A stretch of DNA of 64,000 nt from a virus (lineage: Duplodnaviria > Caudoviricetes): IMG/VR virus record IMGVR_UViG_3300050034_000334; one strand, given 5' to 3'. A program made the translations under genes and the position numbers. Below, one piece after another: positions 54,914 through 64,000 of this stretch. Below the pieces are notes generated by a model. The model saw nothing but the letters and a program-made list of their open reading frames with translations. It was not told the origin of the DNA and ran no database searches. Positions within the stretch are counted from its first letter, which is position 1, and the number at the start of each line of letters is the position of its first letter.

Positions 54914-55597
54914 CTAGATGGGGACTTCTTCCCACGTGATGCGACCATAGACGCTGAAGGTGGTGGTGGAGATAGTGTTCAGCAGAGCCAATACACCACC
55001 TGGAGGAACGATAAGTCCACCATCAAAATTCTGCACTCCACCTATGAGTGGCGCTATGGAAGTGTTGGCGATGGTGCCGTAAGCCAGAGATCCGGGAGTC
55101 GGAATATCAGATGCCGCGAAAATAACGAGGTTGTTGGTGAGACCAGTGAGGGCCGTCGCTGGTGTAAAATACTTGGCCTGAGAACCAGAACCAGTGAGCG
55201 TCTTTACGTTTGTTGGTGTAGTACCAGTAGAAATACCACCATTGCTGGCTGATGCAGCCCAAACCAGAGCACCAGGAGGTGCTGGAGTAGTGGCAGTGTT
55301 ATACATCATCTGCAACGATGCCTGCAGAAGTACCAAGTTTACGGTGTTGGACAAATTGTTCCACAACCCAAGAATCGGAGTTGCAGTGGCCGTCAACCCG
55401 ATGGTGTTGGCAGACAAAGCTGTGACTGCGTTGATGCCACCTGTGAACACGTTGCCACGATAGGCCTGTTCATAGAATCTGCCGTGCAACTCCGACATAA
55501 TGACGTCGCCAAGGTTGCCTGAACGCATGGCCGCGACTGTGCCGGGAGCAATTGAAGCTGTGGTTGCAATTGGACCAACCTGAGTTTGAACCTGCAT
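54914..55597 (-). CDS. Putative virion structural protein
   Basis: AGGAG RBS; Gly/Ala/Thr-rich; ends I.W.EVPI. Confidence 0.6.
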   Translation of the reverse strand: MQVQTQVGPIATTASIAPGTVAAMRSGNLGDVIMSELHGRFYEQAYRGNVFTGGINAVTALSANTIGLTATATPILGLWNNLSNTVNLVLLQASLQMMYNTATTPAPPGALVWAASASNGGISTGTTPTNVKTLTGSGSQAKYFTPATALTGLTNNLVIFAASDIPTPGSLAYGTIANTSIAPLIGGVQNFDGGLIVPPGGVLALLNTISTTTFSVYGRITWEEVPI

Positions 55598-55609
55598 ATG
55601 ACTTTCTCC

Positions 55610-58600
55610 TTAACCGAATACAGTCGCGATCGGATCGTTGCGGAGTGATGATGGTTCATCACCAACACTATTAGTGGTTCCAGTAGTCAACAAAGCAGGA
55701 AGACTGTACTGGTAAAAGTTTGAAATCTTGAGTTCAATGAGGATCTGGAATAAAAGTTCTGGAACAGTTTGACCTTCAAATTGAGACAGATCTTCGATGG
55801 CCAGGGCCGCCGTATTTTGCATATTGTGGTTTGGAGACACTGATCCCAGGCTACGAGCGACGTTTGCCTGATCTATTGAAGCAGTGATAAGACGACCTGA
55901 AGTATCTGTTTGAAGACGACGAGTCAAACCAGCTGGAGTGCCAGTTGCTGATAGGGTTGTATCGATGCCGGCCATCAACACAGGGTTAGCTGTGGGAAGC
56001 ACACCAGCAGCAATGTTGCCACCTACAGCTACAACACCGGCCACACCAGCAGAAGGTCCAGCAGTACCAGCCCATGTCGCTACATTGGTGGTCAGAGAAG
56101 ATGTTGGTCCTGTGGTGGTGTAATTACCCGCCCAAGGAGTACTGCGCAGGAACACGGTTGCTGTTCCCGCTGTAGTTACAACAAAACGAATGTAACGAGC
56201 AATACAAGGGAAGCTGAATCCAGCACCAGCAGATGTAGAGGAAGTAAGAGCACCTAAGATCAGTGGAGTTCCAGACAAAGCACTCCAAGTCACCTTGTCA
56301 TTAGAACAGGTGACAGTAGCCACCATGGTTTGAGTCGTGACGTTCAGAGACTGGTACCCTTGTGTGTCTAAGATAGAAGTTTGACCAGCACTACCACCGA
56401 TATAGATGGGATTCGGGGCATCACTGATAATCAGAGAATTGTTTATGTCCTTGTTCAGATTGATGACATTGGTGTTCATTTGAACACCAGTCGTAGCATC
56501 AAATGACTGAGCCAGCAGTGGCGTATCATCCGGAGCAGCAAACTTACCTACAACTACAACAGAAAGACTTCCTAAAAGTTCCAGCACGTTATAGCGCATG
56601 TATCTAGAACATACAGGAACAGCATAGATACCTTGCCCATAGAAAACATCTAGATTGATGCCATCAGAAGCATTCTGTCCAAATAGTGGAAACCAGCTTA
56701 TGTTATCGTTGCTTCCTTCAACCCTGATATTTCCTGCCCATAGACCTGAAAACTGAAAACTGAAGGTCTGGTATCCAAAGGTAGAATACGATATTCCCGG
56801 TCCCACCAAAGTGACAGTTTCCGTGTCCAGAAGAGAATTGTCATAGGGCAAGAAATATAGATTTCCGTTGGGATCAGTTTGTACTGCCAAAACCGTGGAA
56901 CCATTTTGACCCATCATAACCGTGCCAGTGGGGGTAGGTCCTGGTGTAGTTCCATCGGTGTACTGAACACCACCAAACGAACCAGTCACGGGAATGGAAG
57001 CATTTGTGACATTGACTTGCAACTGAGCACCAGTCACCGCACCAGCTAGTGTACTCAAGGATGTTTCAGCAGCAGAATCAGCCACAGCAATGGCTGTCGA
57101 ATTGTCAACCTGCACTGACCACAAAGCTCCAGAGGAGGATGTTCCCTGATTGACTGTTCCTGAAATAGTAGGTGTTCCAGTAATCGACACTGATCCGGAA
57201 ATGGGCTGAATCACGCCTGATCCATCAACCCGCAATGCCGTCATTCCAGTGATGCCCTGGATTGAAATCACATCGGCAGAAGCAGACCCAGCAGTTCCAA
57301 GGGCTGGCTGGTTGGCGGCGGTCGCCGCACCTGTTGGAAGAGGAAGTGAAGCTGCGCTCACTGGCTGGGTTACAGGGAAATTGTCGACGCTAACACTGGG
57401 AGTTCCTGTAATCGAAACTGATCCGGAAATGGGTTGTGTGGTTTGATAGAAGGAACCGCTCACTGCAACTGTGCCCAGTGTTGCTGAATCCACTATCACA
57501 TGCTGAGGAGAAGCAAATGTGATAGCATCAGCAGTGACAGCAATCTTTGTCTTGCCACCCGTAGCAGAGTTGACAATAGCAACATCACCTGTCACACCGA
57601 ATGCAGTATTAGAGACAGAGCCGGAAATGTTGGCTGTTACAGTACCACTGACAGGTTGAGTGGCCTGGTAAAAAGCTCCAGTGACCGCGATTGACGAATT
57701 CTCAATGGCAACTTTGAGGTTTCCAGAACCATCTAAGGTCGTCGGAAGTTGAGTGCTAGAAACTGGTTGAGTGGCTTGCCAAAAGGTTCCTGTGACAGCA
57801 ACTGAGTTTTCTACAGCAACTTTGAGATACCCACTTCCATCAACTGCCAGAGCCGATACATTTGTTCCATTGTAACCCAGAGCAACAGTACCTGTCGAAG
57901 TTACAACAGCCGTTCCCGTAGCATATTGTACACCTCCACCACCTCCACCGCCACCAGTGATATTGACATTCAAAGACCCAGATGTCGATGACAGAGTGTT
58001 TCCTAATCCGTCCTGCAATCTGGAAGTTACTGTGCCACTGATTGGTTGAGTGGTCTGCCAAAATACACCTGTGACCGCTTGCGATGATGGGAAGTTAGAA
58101 ACGGAAATAGATCCGGAAATAGGAACAGTACCTGAAATAGAGACAGGTTGCGTCGCTTGCCAGAAAGTACCAGTTACAGCCTGACTTGAAGGGAAGTTAC
58201 TGACGCTGACAGAGGGAGTTCCAGAAATAGAAACTGATCCAGACACTGGCTGAGTAGTTGGCCAGAAGGTTCCTGTTACTGCAAGGCTGGAGTTCTCAAT
58301 AGCAACCTTCAAATTGCCTGAACTATCAAGGGCTGCTGGGAGTTGAGTACTTGATACTGGCTGGGTGGTCTGCCAAAAGACTCCTGTCACTATCTGAGAA
58401 GATGGAAAGTTGCTGACACTAACTGATCCTGCTACAGTCTGAGTTAAAGGAAGATTGCTGACACTCACTGATCCTGAAATAGATTGTATCGATGGCAAGT
58501 TTGAGATATTGACTGATCCACTAACTGCTTGCGTGGAAGGAAAATTATCCACACTGACAGTTTCGTATATTGGAACCTCCATGATGATCTGAAGAGGATC

Positions 58601-58834
58601 CAGGTTACTCATGGCCGTTGTATTATATGCCAACGTGATAGTACTGTGGATTTCAGACACCACAGCAGTCAGAGTAGGATCTGCAAGGTTGAAGATGATG
58701 ATGTTGGTCGCCGCATTGATGATCAATTTCACCTGTCCGGCAGCAAGAGGAGCTGGAAGACCAGATAGAGTGATCACACCTGTGGAGGCATCAAAGGTGT
58801 ATGATCCGTAGTTTTGACCAACCATTACTTGCAT
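55610..58834 (-). CDS. Repeat-rich tail fibre/adhesin-like protein (TQPVSG repeats)
   Basis: Many VSNFPSSQAVTG.FWQ.TQPVS units; AGGAG RBS. Confidence 0.65.
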   Translation of the reverse strand: MQVMVGQNYGSYTFDASTGVITLSGLPAPLAAGQVKLIINAATNIIIFNLADPTLTAVVSEIHSTITLAYNTTAMSNLDPLQIIMEVPIYETVSVDNFPSTQAVSGSVNISNLPSIQSISGSVSVSNLPLTQTVAGSVSVSNFPSSQIVTGVFWQTTQPVSSTQLPAALDSSGNLKVAIENSSLAVTGTFWPTTQPVSGSVSISGTPSVSVSNFPSSQAVTGTFWQATQPVSISGTVPISGSISVSNFPSSQAVTGVFWQTTQPISGTVTSRLQDGLGNTLSSTSGSLNVNITGGGGGGGGVQYATGTAVVTSTGTVALGYNGTNVSALAVDGSGYLKVAVENSVAVTGTFWQATQPVSSTQLPTTLDGSGNLKVAIENSSIAVTGAFYQATQPVSGTVTANISGSVSNTAFGVTGDVAIVNSATGGKTKIAVTADAITFASPQHVIVDSATLGTVAVSGSFYQTTQPISGSVSITGTPSVSVDNFPVTQPVSAASLPLPTGAATAANQPALGTAGSASADVISIQGITGMTALRVDGSGVIQPISGSVSITGTPTISGTVNQGTSSSGALWSVQVDNSTAIAVADSAAETSLSTLAGAVTGAQLQVNVTNASIPVTGSFGGVQYTDGTTPGPTPTGTVMMGQNGSTVLAVQTDPNGNLYFLPYDNSLLDTETVTLVGPGISYSTFGYQTFSFQFSGLWAGNIRVEGSNDNISWFPLFGQNASDGINLDVFYGQGIYAVPVCSRYMRYNVLELLGSLSVVVVGKFAAPDDTPLLAQSFDATTGVQMNTNVINLNKDINNSLIISDAPNPIYIGGSAGQTSILDTQGYQSLNVTTQTMVATVTCSNDKVTWSALSGTPLILGALTSSTSAGAGFSFPCIARYIRFVVTTAGTATVFLRSTPWAGNYTTTGPTSSLTTNVATWAGTAGPSAGVAGVVAVGGNIAAGVLPTANPVLMAGIDTTLSATGTPAGLTRRLQTDTSGRLITASIDQANVARSLGSVSPNHNMQNTAALAIEDLSQFEGQTVPELLFQILIELKISNFYQYSLPALLTTGTTNSVGDEPSSLRNDPIATVFG

Positions 58835-58865
58835 GAAGTACTCCTATTATTCACATCAGAAAGTC

Positions 58866-59564
58866 TTACAAAGCGATTGCATAAGCGATGGCAAGAGACC
58901 TGCTTGCTGCATTGACAATGCGAGAATCATCACCAGCAGCCACCGTACCCGCTGTGGTTCCAACATTCAGAGCAGCCGCGCCTCCCAACGTGGGTTTATT
59001 CAGAATCTCGGTCACTCCACTGACAGCATTCCAATCAGAATTCATCTGAGCAGTCGGAATCACGGGAGTGTGATTGAGATCCAGGTATGAACCTGAGGTT
59101 GCTACGGCTGCCAACCCATAGATGTCAGACGCCGCCAAAGTCACAGCACCAGTTCTACCTGCCACCGATTGAACCGGAGCACCTGCTGCTGTGATATATC
59201 CAGCATCATTGGTAAAAGTGCTGATAAGTGTTGGCTTATTAGAGAGATCCGTATAGCTACCGGAGGTTGCCACCGTGGCTAGAGTTGGCTTATGGAGAAT
59301 CGATGCAAGACCGGAAGTTGCATTCCAATCAACCTGAACCTGCGGAGTTGGTAGAGCCCAGGTTCTATCACCTCTGAGGAAATGAATTGCATCGCCAATA
59401 GCTGGAGCAGGAACATTGCCCGCCAGACCTCCAGTTCCTGTATCTCCCACAAAAATTGGATCTGAAGCAGAAACCAGGTTGCTAAAGGCATTGAACGTGA
59501 TGTTCTGCTGACCCGTTGGAGGAGCCGGGGTTATCGAGTTGTACCTGATAAAGACGGTAGTCAT
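58866..59564 (-). CDS. Tail fibre-like protein
   Basis: QVDWNATSG...ILHKP, LATVATSGSY.DL..KP and VQSVAGRTGAVTL fibre motifs. Confidence 0.7.
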   Translation of the reverse strand: MTTVFIRYNSITPAPPTGQQNITFNAFSNLVSASDPIFVGDTGTGGLAGNVPAPAIGDAIHFLRGDRTWALPTPQVQVDWNATSGLASILHKPTLATVATSGSYTDLSNKPTLISTFTNDAGYITAAGAPVQSVAGRTGAVTLAASDIYGLAAVATSGSYLDLNHTPVIPTAQMNSDWNAVSGVTEILNKPTLGGAAALNVGTTAGTVAAGDDSRIVNAASRSLAIAYAIAL

Positions 59565-59572
59565 CAGAATCC

Positions 59573-61282
59573 TCAGAGATACTGGTTGACGAATACACCG
59601 TTGACTTCGATGATTGTCTGCGGTGTTACAAATTGAGGAGTGTTGTTCTGCGTTTGCGTGATCGGAATTCCGTTGATCTCAATTACGATCTCCGGAGGAA
59701 TGATTGAAGGCGAAATGAACTGGGTCATACCCAGTTCGTTGTATCTCGGAACGATCGAAATCTGACTTGAATATCCGGCATAGTAGGGAGTTTCTGTGAC
59801 ATCGATCGCAACTACACGAGTCACTAGAGGAAGATAGACTTTCCAGTCACACATGGCAGATACATTCAAAGTTGAGATGTACCGGGTGGCCGTGCCACTC
59901 TCATCACGAGCCTCACCCTGTATATCTCTGGCAGCCTCGAAGATCGTGATTCCATCGCGCTCCATGGATACTCTTTGAGTTATCAGCAAGGCTTGCTTAA
60001 TGAGCTCAGCAATCTCTGAGGCGGTCGAGTAGTCGTTGGCCTTACAGTCCAGCGTGAAGTTCACGTTGTCCTTGGAGCCGTAGACGTTATACGTCTCACA
60101 CATCTGTGGGGCAATGATGATAGCAACCTGATCTCCAGCAGTAACCGAATCCCCGATGGCAACTCGATATCCAGGAATCAGATTTATGTTGATGCCCCTC
60201 TTTTTGGCAATTACTGTGGTCTCTGCCCCTGTATCAATGCGAATTTCGAATCTCATCCATTCCCCAGGATTGAGAGGATACGGAAGATTGACAGTACCAT
60301 CACTGTTTGCGATGAGAATCAGATTGCTTCGAGTTGAAGTGTTTACGAACACCTGACCAGCCGCCAAAGTTTCCCCTGGGTCAAGAGTGACATTGAGAAT
60401 GTTCTCAGGATTCAACGCGCTTGCAGTTGTGGGATTGATTTTCTGAATTCCCACGACATACAATTGCGTGCCAGGAGTGTTCCAAGCTGCCACACGAATG
60501 AGAGTCGGAGAGACAAAGACGTAGTCAATTCCTTGGCGAAGAATGTATCCGTTGTTGTCTGTGATCTGAATAGAGATCCAATCTCCAGGAATCAGAAATG
60601 TTTGGATTCCACCCAAGCTCGTACCGATGTCCACAGTACTCGTTCTTTGATACCAGAAATCTCTGTAGGGTACAAGAACCAGTCCTCCCAGTCCGATCGA
60701 GCAATTGATGTTATTTACGATGGATTGTAGCAAGACTCGACCAGGGACCGCCGCGAAAGTCACTGGACTCAAGGGTGTATCAGCATTTTCAATGTACACC
60801 GTCGAAGTGTCAATGCCAGAAGCAAAGTACACCCAGCTTCCCTCTGCGTTCGACAAGTTGCCTTCACGCCATTTGAACTTCTTGACATTCAGTGAAACTG
60901 TGGCATTCTGCTCATTGGGATTGGGTACAGTGACGACACCGTCAACTACGGTAGGAGGATTCACTGCGAGATAGTACACACCAGGGTCAATGAGACTCTC
61001 ACTAAATGGAATCATCCACTCCACGAACGTCCCAGCATAGTCACGAACCTTGGCCACGAGGCCGCGTCCACGCTGTGTGAACATGAAATAGTCTGGTGAC
61101 AGGCGAGTTCCCTGGGCTGTCACATTCTTGACAATGATCTGGGCATCACCAAAACTTACTCGATTGCTAGTGAATGCTGAGACATCCCCCAGCGTCTGTC
61201 TAAACCGGGGGTTGCTGCTCACCACATTCCTGCAGATCCGCAGTATGTATGCCGCCAAGTTTGCGCCTGTTAGATCCAGCAT
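59573..61282 (-). CDS. Putative virion structural (neck/tail completion-like) protein
   Basis: Long beta-rich ORF in the structural cluster. Confidence 0.5.
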   Translation of the reverse strand: MLDLTGANLAAYILRICRNVVSSNPRFRQTLGDVSAFTSNRVSFGDAQIIVKNVTAQGTRLSPDYFMFTQRGRGLVAKVRDYAGTFVEWMIPFSESLIDPGVYYLAVNPPTVVDGVVTVPNPNEQNATVSLNVKKFKWREGNLSNAEGSWVYFASGIDTSTVYIENADTPLSPVTFAAVPGRVLLQSIVNNINCSIGLGGLVLVPYRDFWYQRTSTVDIGTSLGGIQTFLIPGDWISIQITDNNGYILRQGIDYVFVSPTLIRVAAWNTPGTQLYVVGIQKINPTTASALNPENILNVTLDPGETLAAGQVFVNTSTRSNLILIANSDGTVNLPYPLNPGEWMRFEIRIDTGAETTVIAKKRGININLIPGYRVAIGDSVTAGDQVAIIIAPQMCETYNVYGSKDNVNFTLDCKANDYSTASEIAELIKQALLITQRVSMERDGITIFEAARDIQGEARDESGTATRYISTLNVSAMCDWKVYLPLVTRVVAIDVTETPYYAGYSSQISIVPRYNELGMTQFISPSIIPPEIVIEINGIPITQTQNNTPQFVTPQTIIEVNGVFVNQYL

Positions 61283-61291
61283 TGTTCATCC

Positions 61292-61780
61292 CTACTTCAC
61301 AACTTTGACAAGCTGAGCACCGTAGTCTACTCCCGGTGGAGGTGGCGGGACGGTTTGTTGGATAGGCTCGATCCAGGCAGCTATAGATCTCCGGACGTCG
61401 TTGACGGACACCTGCGCATTCATCCGAGGATACCAGCGATTGGTCAGTTCCACACGGCCATCCCAGTCGTATTCCTCGATGATCCACTGCTGTCCATCAT
61501 GAGACTGGAACACGGCTCCAGGATCCATGTACATGAAGAAGATTTCGTCTCCTTGGATCGGAGATAGAGGATTTGGAATCTGTTCATCATGTGGATTCGG
61601 CCTGAACTGAGCGAAGGTCGAGATCGCCACATCATCCGGATCTCCCACGATCACTTGTAGTTCCATGTTCGTGGAAGGATGGTCATCAGTCGTGAGAATA
61701 GCAGCGGTCTTGGTGGTTCCTTCCTCTGCAACTCCAGCGAACGATGCAAGCATGTTTGCGAGTTTTGATTCTTTGGCCAT
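61292..61780 (-). CDS. Hypothetical protein
   Basis: GGAG RBS before MAKESK; contains TKTAA. Confidence 0.6.
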   Translation of the reverse strand: MAKESKLANMLASFAGVAEEGTTKTAAILTTDDHPSTNMELQVIVGDPDDVAISTFAQFRPNPHDEQIPNPLSPIQGDEIFFMYMDPGAVFQSHDGQQWIIEEYDWDGRVELTNRWYPRMNAQVSVNDVRRSIAAWIEPIQQTVPPPPPGVDYGAQLVKVVK

Positions 61781-61797
61781 GGAAACTCCGTGTGTTC

Positions 61798-62406
61798 TTA
61801 GATGGATTGTGAAGTCAAACAAGGAGGAATGAACACTTCTTTTCCTTCTCGCATCTGCTCTTCAGTTGTCAGGCGAGATTGATTCAGAGATTTATCTCTG
61901 CTCCAGTTATTCTGCTGCCGGCGCAGTCGCACAGTCTCTGCTATTCGTTGCTTTGTAGCCTCTGAATGCTTAGTAACTCCTCCGTGTTGAGTGGAACCCT
62001 TTGGTCTAGACAATCTCATTTTCTGTCGTGTTTCTTCCGGTAGACACTTGTTCCAAAAAGGATGATTTTCACCTCTCACTGCCTTGCTGATTCGTTTCCT
62101 AACATCTTTGTTAGGTTCTCCACCATCAGCTCCCTTTGTCATATTGTACCCATCGACAAAAGTTCCAAGTTTCTCTATCCAGAAGACTTCAGCCTCATTC
62201 AGTTCTTCAGGACTATCACAATGTTGAATTGTACTGATGTCAAATGCTGCCTCTCCGTGCTTTCTAAGGGATCTATGCAAGTAATAACGCGATCCTCTAG
62301 ATGATTCCAGCCGGTGTCTATACCAGCGATCATCAGGAGTATCCTTGATGCTCTGGCCTACATACATCTTACCATTTATCCTGTTTCGTACCAAGTAGAC
62401 TATCAT
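61798..62406 (-). CDS. GIY-YIG homing endonuclease
   Basis: MIVYLVRNRINGKMYVGQS..E.FWI..GYNMT.G; ATGA-coupled. Confidence 0.9.
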   Translation of the reverse strand: MIVYLVRNRINGKMYVGQSIKDTPDDRWYRHRLESSRGSRYYLHRSLRKHGEAAFDISTIQHCDSPEELNEAEVFWIEKLGTFVDGYNMTKGADGGEPNKDVRKRISKAVRGENHPFWNKCLPEETRQKMRLSRPKGSTQHGGVTKHSEATKQRIAETVRLRRQQNNWSRDKSLNQSRLTTEEQMREGKEVFIPPCLTSQSI

Positions 62407-63923
62407 GACATTATTGCCCCCCAAACCGTTGTCCTTCCAACTTCTGGATTGGGATTTTCCCACTGAGCATCTGGCTGATTGGTCTTTTCGAAGATAGGTT
62501 CCGGATCGACGCCAGGTACTCCATCGTTGACATTCGCCTGCAATGGATTGTACAAAGTGGGAGGATATGGATTCCCAGCAATGACCGGAATGAGGTAACG
62601 AGTGTCTTTGGGATTCAGCAACTTGACATTGAACTCTTGCTGAGCGATAGCACCCTGAGGCTGCGTATAGTTCATGTCGAACACGATCAGCCGTTCACCG
62701 TTCCGTCGAATGATGAGGTCACCATTTTGAATGATGGGAGTCGGTCCAAGGTAGGATTTCGAGATGCGCTCTACTTTCCGGCCTCCCTCCTCAATGGTGG
62801 TATTGGTTGCCGTGTCTGGCGGAATGTAGACAATGTCGAATGGTCCGTAGTATCCGCCAACCCATCCTGTTTCGTAACACACTGGGCAGCCGTGACGAGG
62901 CTCTCCAACTCCGTCTCCCACGCAGCCACACGCTGTACCTCGCGACATCCGGAACATGATAAATGCTGGCTCTCCTACTCTCTCAAAGAGCCAGGCATTT
63001 CTCCGTATCTGCTCCTTGAGCATGTAATTCAGACGTTCAATCGTCTGAGTGTTGACGATTTCCGATCCTGCAGCACCGGGTGCGTGGAGATCTCCACTTG
63101 CTCCTACTGGGACCACGGTGTAGTATGTCCGCACCATGTTGGTATAGATGTCGACGAAGTTCGTCAACTGGTTGTAAGTCACCTTGAAGGTAGTGACACT
63201 GGCTAGAGCCGAAATTGGGAAGTTGGAAACTGCACCACCGATTGGCAGAGTCTTGTCAACATTGATCCAGATGGCCTTGTCAATTCCACTCACCATCGCA
63301 GGGCGAACAGTCGAGGTTGCAACGAGGCTCGATATCACCGTGAGAGTATCTGTAGGAACGGTTGGTGCCAGCGAAAGGGTATATGGTCCACCATAAGCGA
63401 CAAGGGTGGCAGTCACTCCGATGGACGCAGCTGTGATGGCCGCCGCAAGCAGTACGATGCTATTGTTGGAGGTGGTTGTGAAAACCACAGGAGTTGATAC
63501 TCCCACTTGTAGAGAAATGGTTCCGGAGAGAACATCGGTACCAGAAACTGTGGTGAGGGAACCATTCAGGAAATTCAGATCCGTTGCAAGTATGACACTG
63601 ACATCCTCAGGAGAAGTGGCCACCTGAGGTCTGGTCTCCACAATCCCTGAATATGGAACGTCTGGAATCTGAAATGACCAGCGACCAAAAGTTCCCTTTT
63701 CAATCCAGTCGGAATCTTGCACTGTGTAAGTGGTTGAGGCTAGAGTTGAAATGTCACGATAGAACTGACCAGGAATTGGAGCAAGATTGAGCAGTTGCCA
63801 GTTGGCTGGATAGTCGATAGCTCGGTAGACATTGTATCCCACTGTGGCCTTGGGATCATTTGGCCACCACAGGTCACGGCTCCCGACATAGCTCGAATTG
63901 AGGACTACCAACCCACAAATCAT
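62403..63923 (-). CDS. Putative neck/head-closure-like structural protein with FnIII-like N-terminus and Zn knuckle
   Basis: GYNVYRA..W..LN..PI; CGC..CPVCYETGWVGGYYGP. Confidence 0.55.
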   Translation of the reverse strand: MICGLVVLNSSYVGSRDLWWPNDPKATVGYNVYRAIDYPANWQLLNLAPIPGQFYRDISTLASTTYTVQDSDWIEKGTFGRWSFQIPDVPYSGIVETRPQVATSPEDVSVILATDLNFLNGSLTTVSGTDVLSGTISLQVGVSTPVVFTTTSNNSIVLLAAAITAASIGVTATLVAYGGPYTLSLAPTVPTDTLTVISSLVATSTVRPAMVSGIDKAIWINVDKTLPIGGAVSNFPISALASVTTFKVTYNQLTNFVDIYTNMVRTYYTVVPVGASGDLHAPGAAGSEIVNTQTIERLNYMLKEQIRRNAWLFERVGEPAFIMFRMSRGTACGCVGDGVGEPRHGCPVCYETGWVGGYYGPFDIVYIPPDTATNTTIEEGGRKVERISKSYLGPTPIIQNGDLIIRRNGERLIVFDMNYTQPQGAIAQQEFNVKLLNPKDTRYLIPVIAGNPYPPTLYNPLQANVNDGVPGVDPEPIFEKTNQPDAQWENPNPEVGRTTVWGAIMS

Positions 63924-64000
63924 ATCTCTTCCTCAATCGAGAAAGAGAAAGTTAGGATTTTGCCTTGAACCATTCGGGGTGTTTCTTCTTGGCTGGATTA

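Noticed and set aside
1-64000. Stop-codon reassignment, tRNA or rRNA genes
   Set aside because: Core genes are full length in code 11 and TAG, TGA and TAA all serve as coupled stops. No cloverleaf or T-loop pattern was seen outside coding regions in a by-eye scan.

Overview
This is a 64-kb segment of a large (jumbo-type) tailed dsDNA phage genome. It uses the standard genetic code, is about 50% GC by eye, and is mostly minus-strand. Recognisable genes include terminase large subunit, portal, family A DNA polymerase, a stand-alone CHC2 zinc finger, Dps, a frameshifted NDK, a 5-hmdU-DNA-kinase-family (thymidine hypermodification) gene, a TopoVI-A-like Toprim protein, DUF2786, tail/neck proteins, eight free-standing homing-endonuclease-like genes and a LAGLIDADG intein inside a SWIM zinc finger. 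No tRNA, rRNA or CRISPR array was seen. The most unexplained structure is a set of large, modular, probably head-associated proteins whose domains (InPase-like, Cys/His papain-like, Nudix, zinc fingers, a sigma-like domain and an unrecognised domain present in five copies) start just after a recurring [K/R]-x-A motif. This suggests a protease-processed, virion-delivered polyprotein cargo system. The window also has three sigma-like proteins, one fused to a type IV restriction-like DNA-reader domain; a GACTT-N8-WAART motif directly in front of five start codons; and hairpins that sequester ribosome-binding sites. All assignments come from motif recognition by eye; no searches were run.
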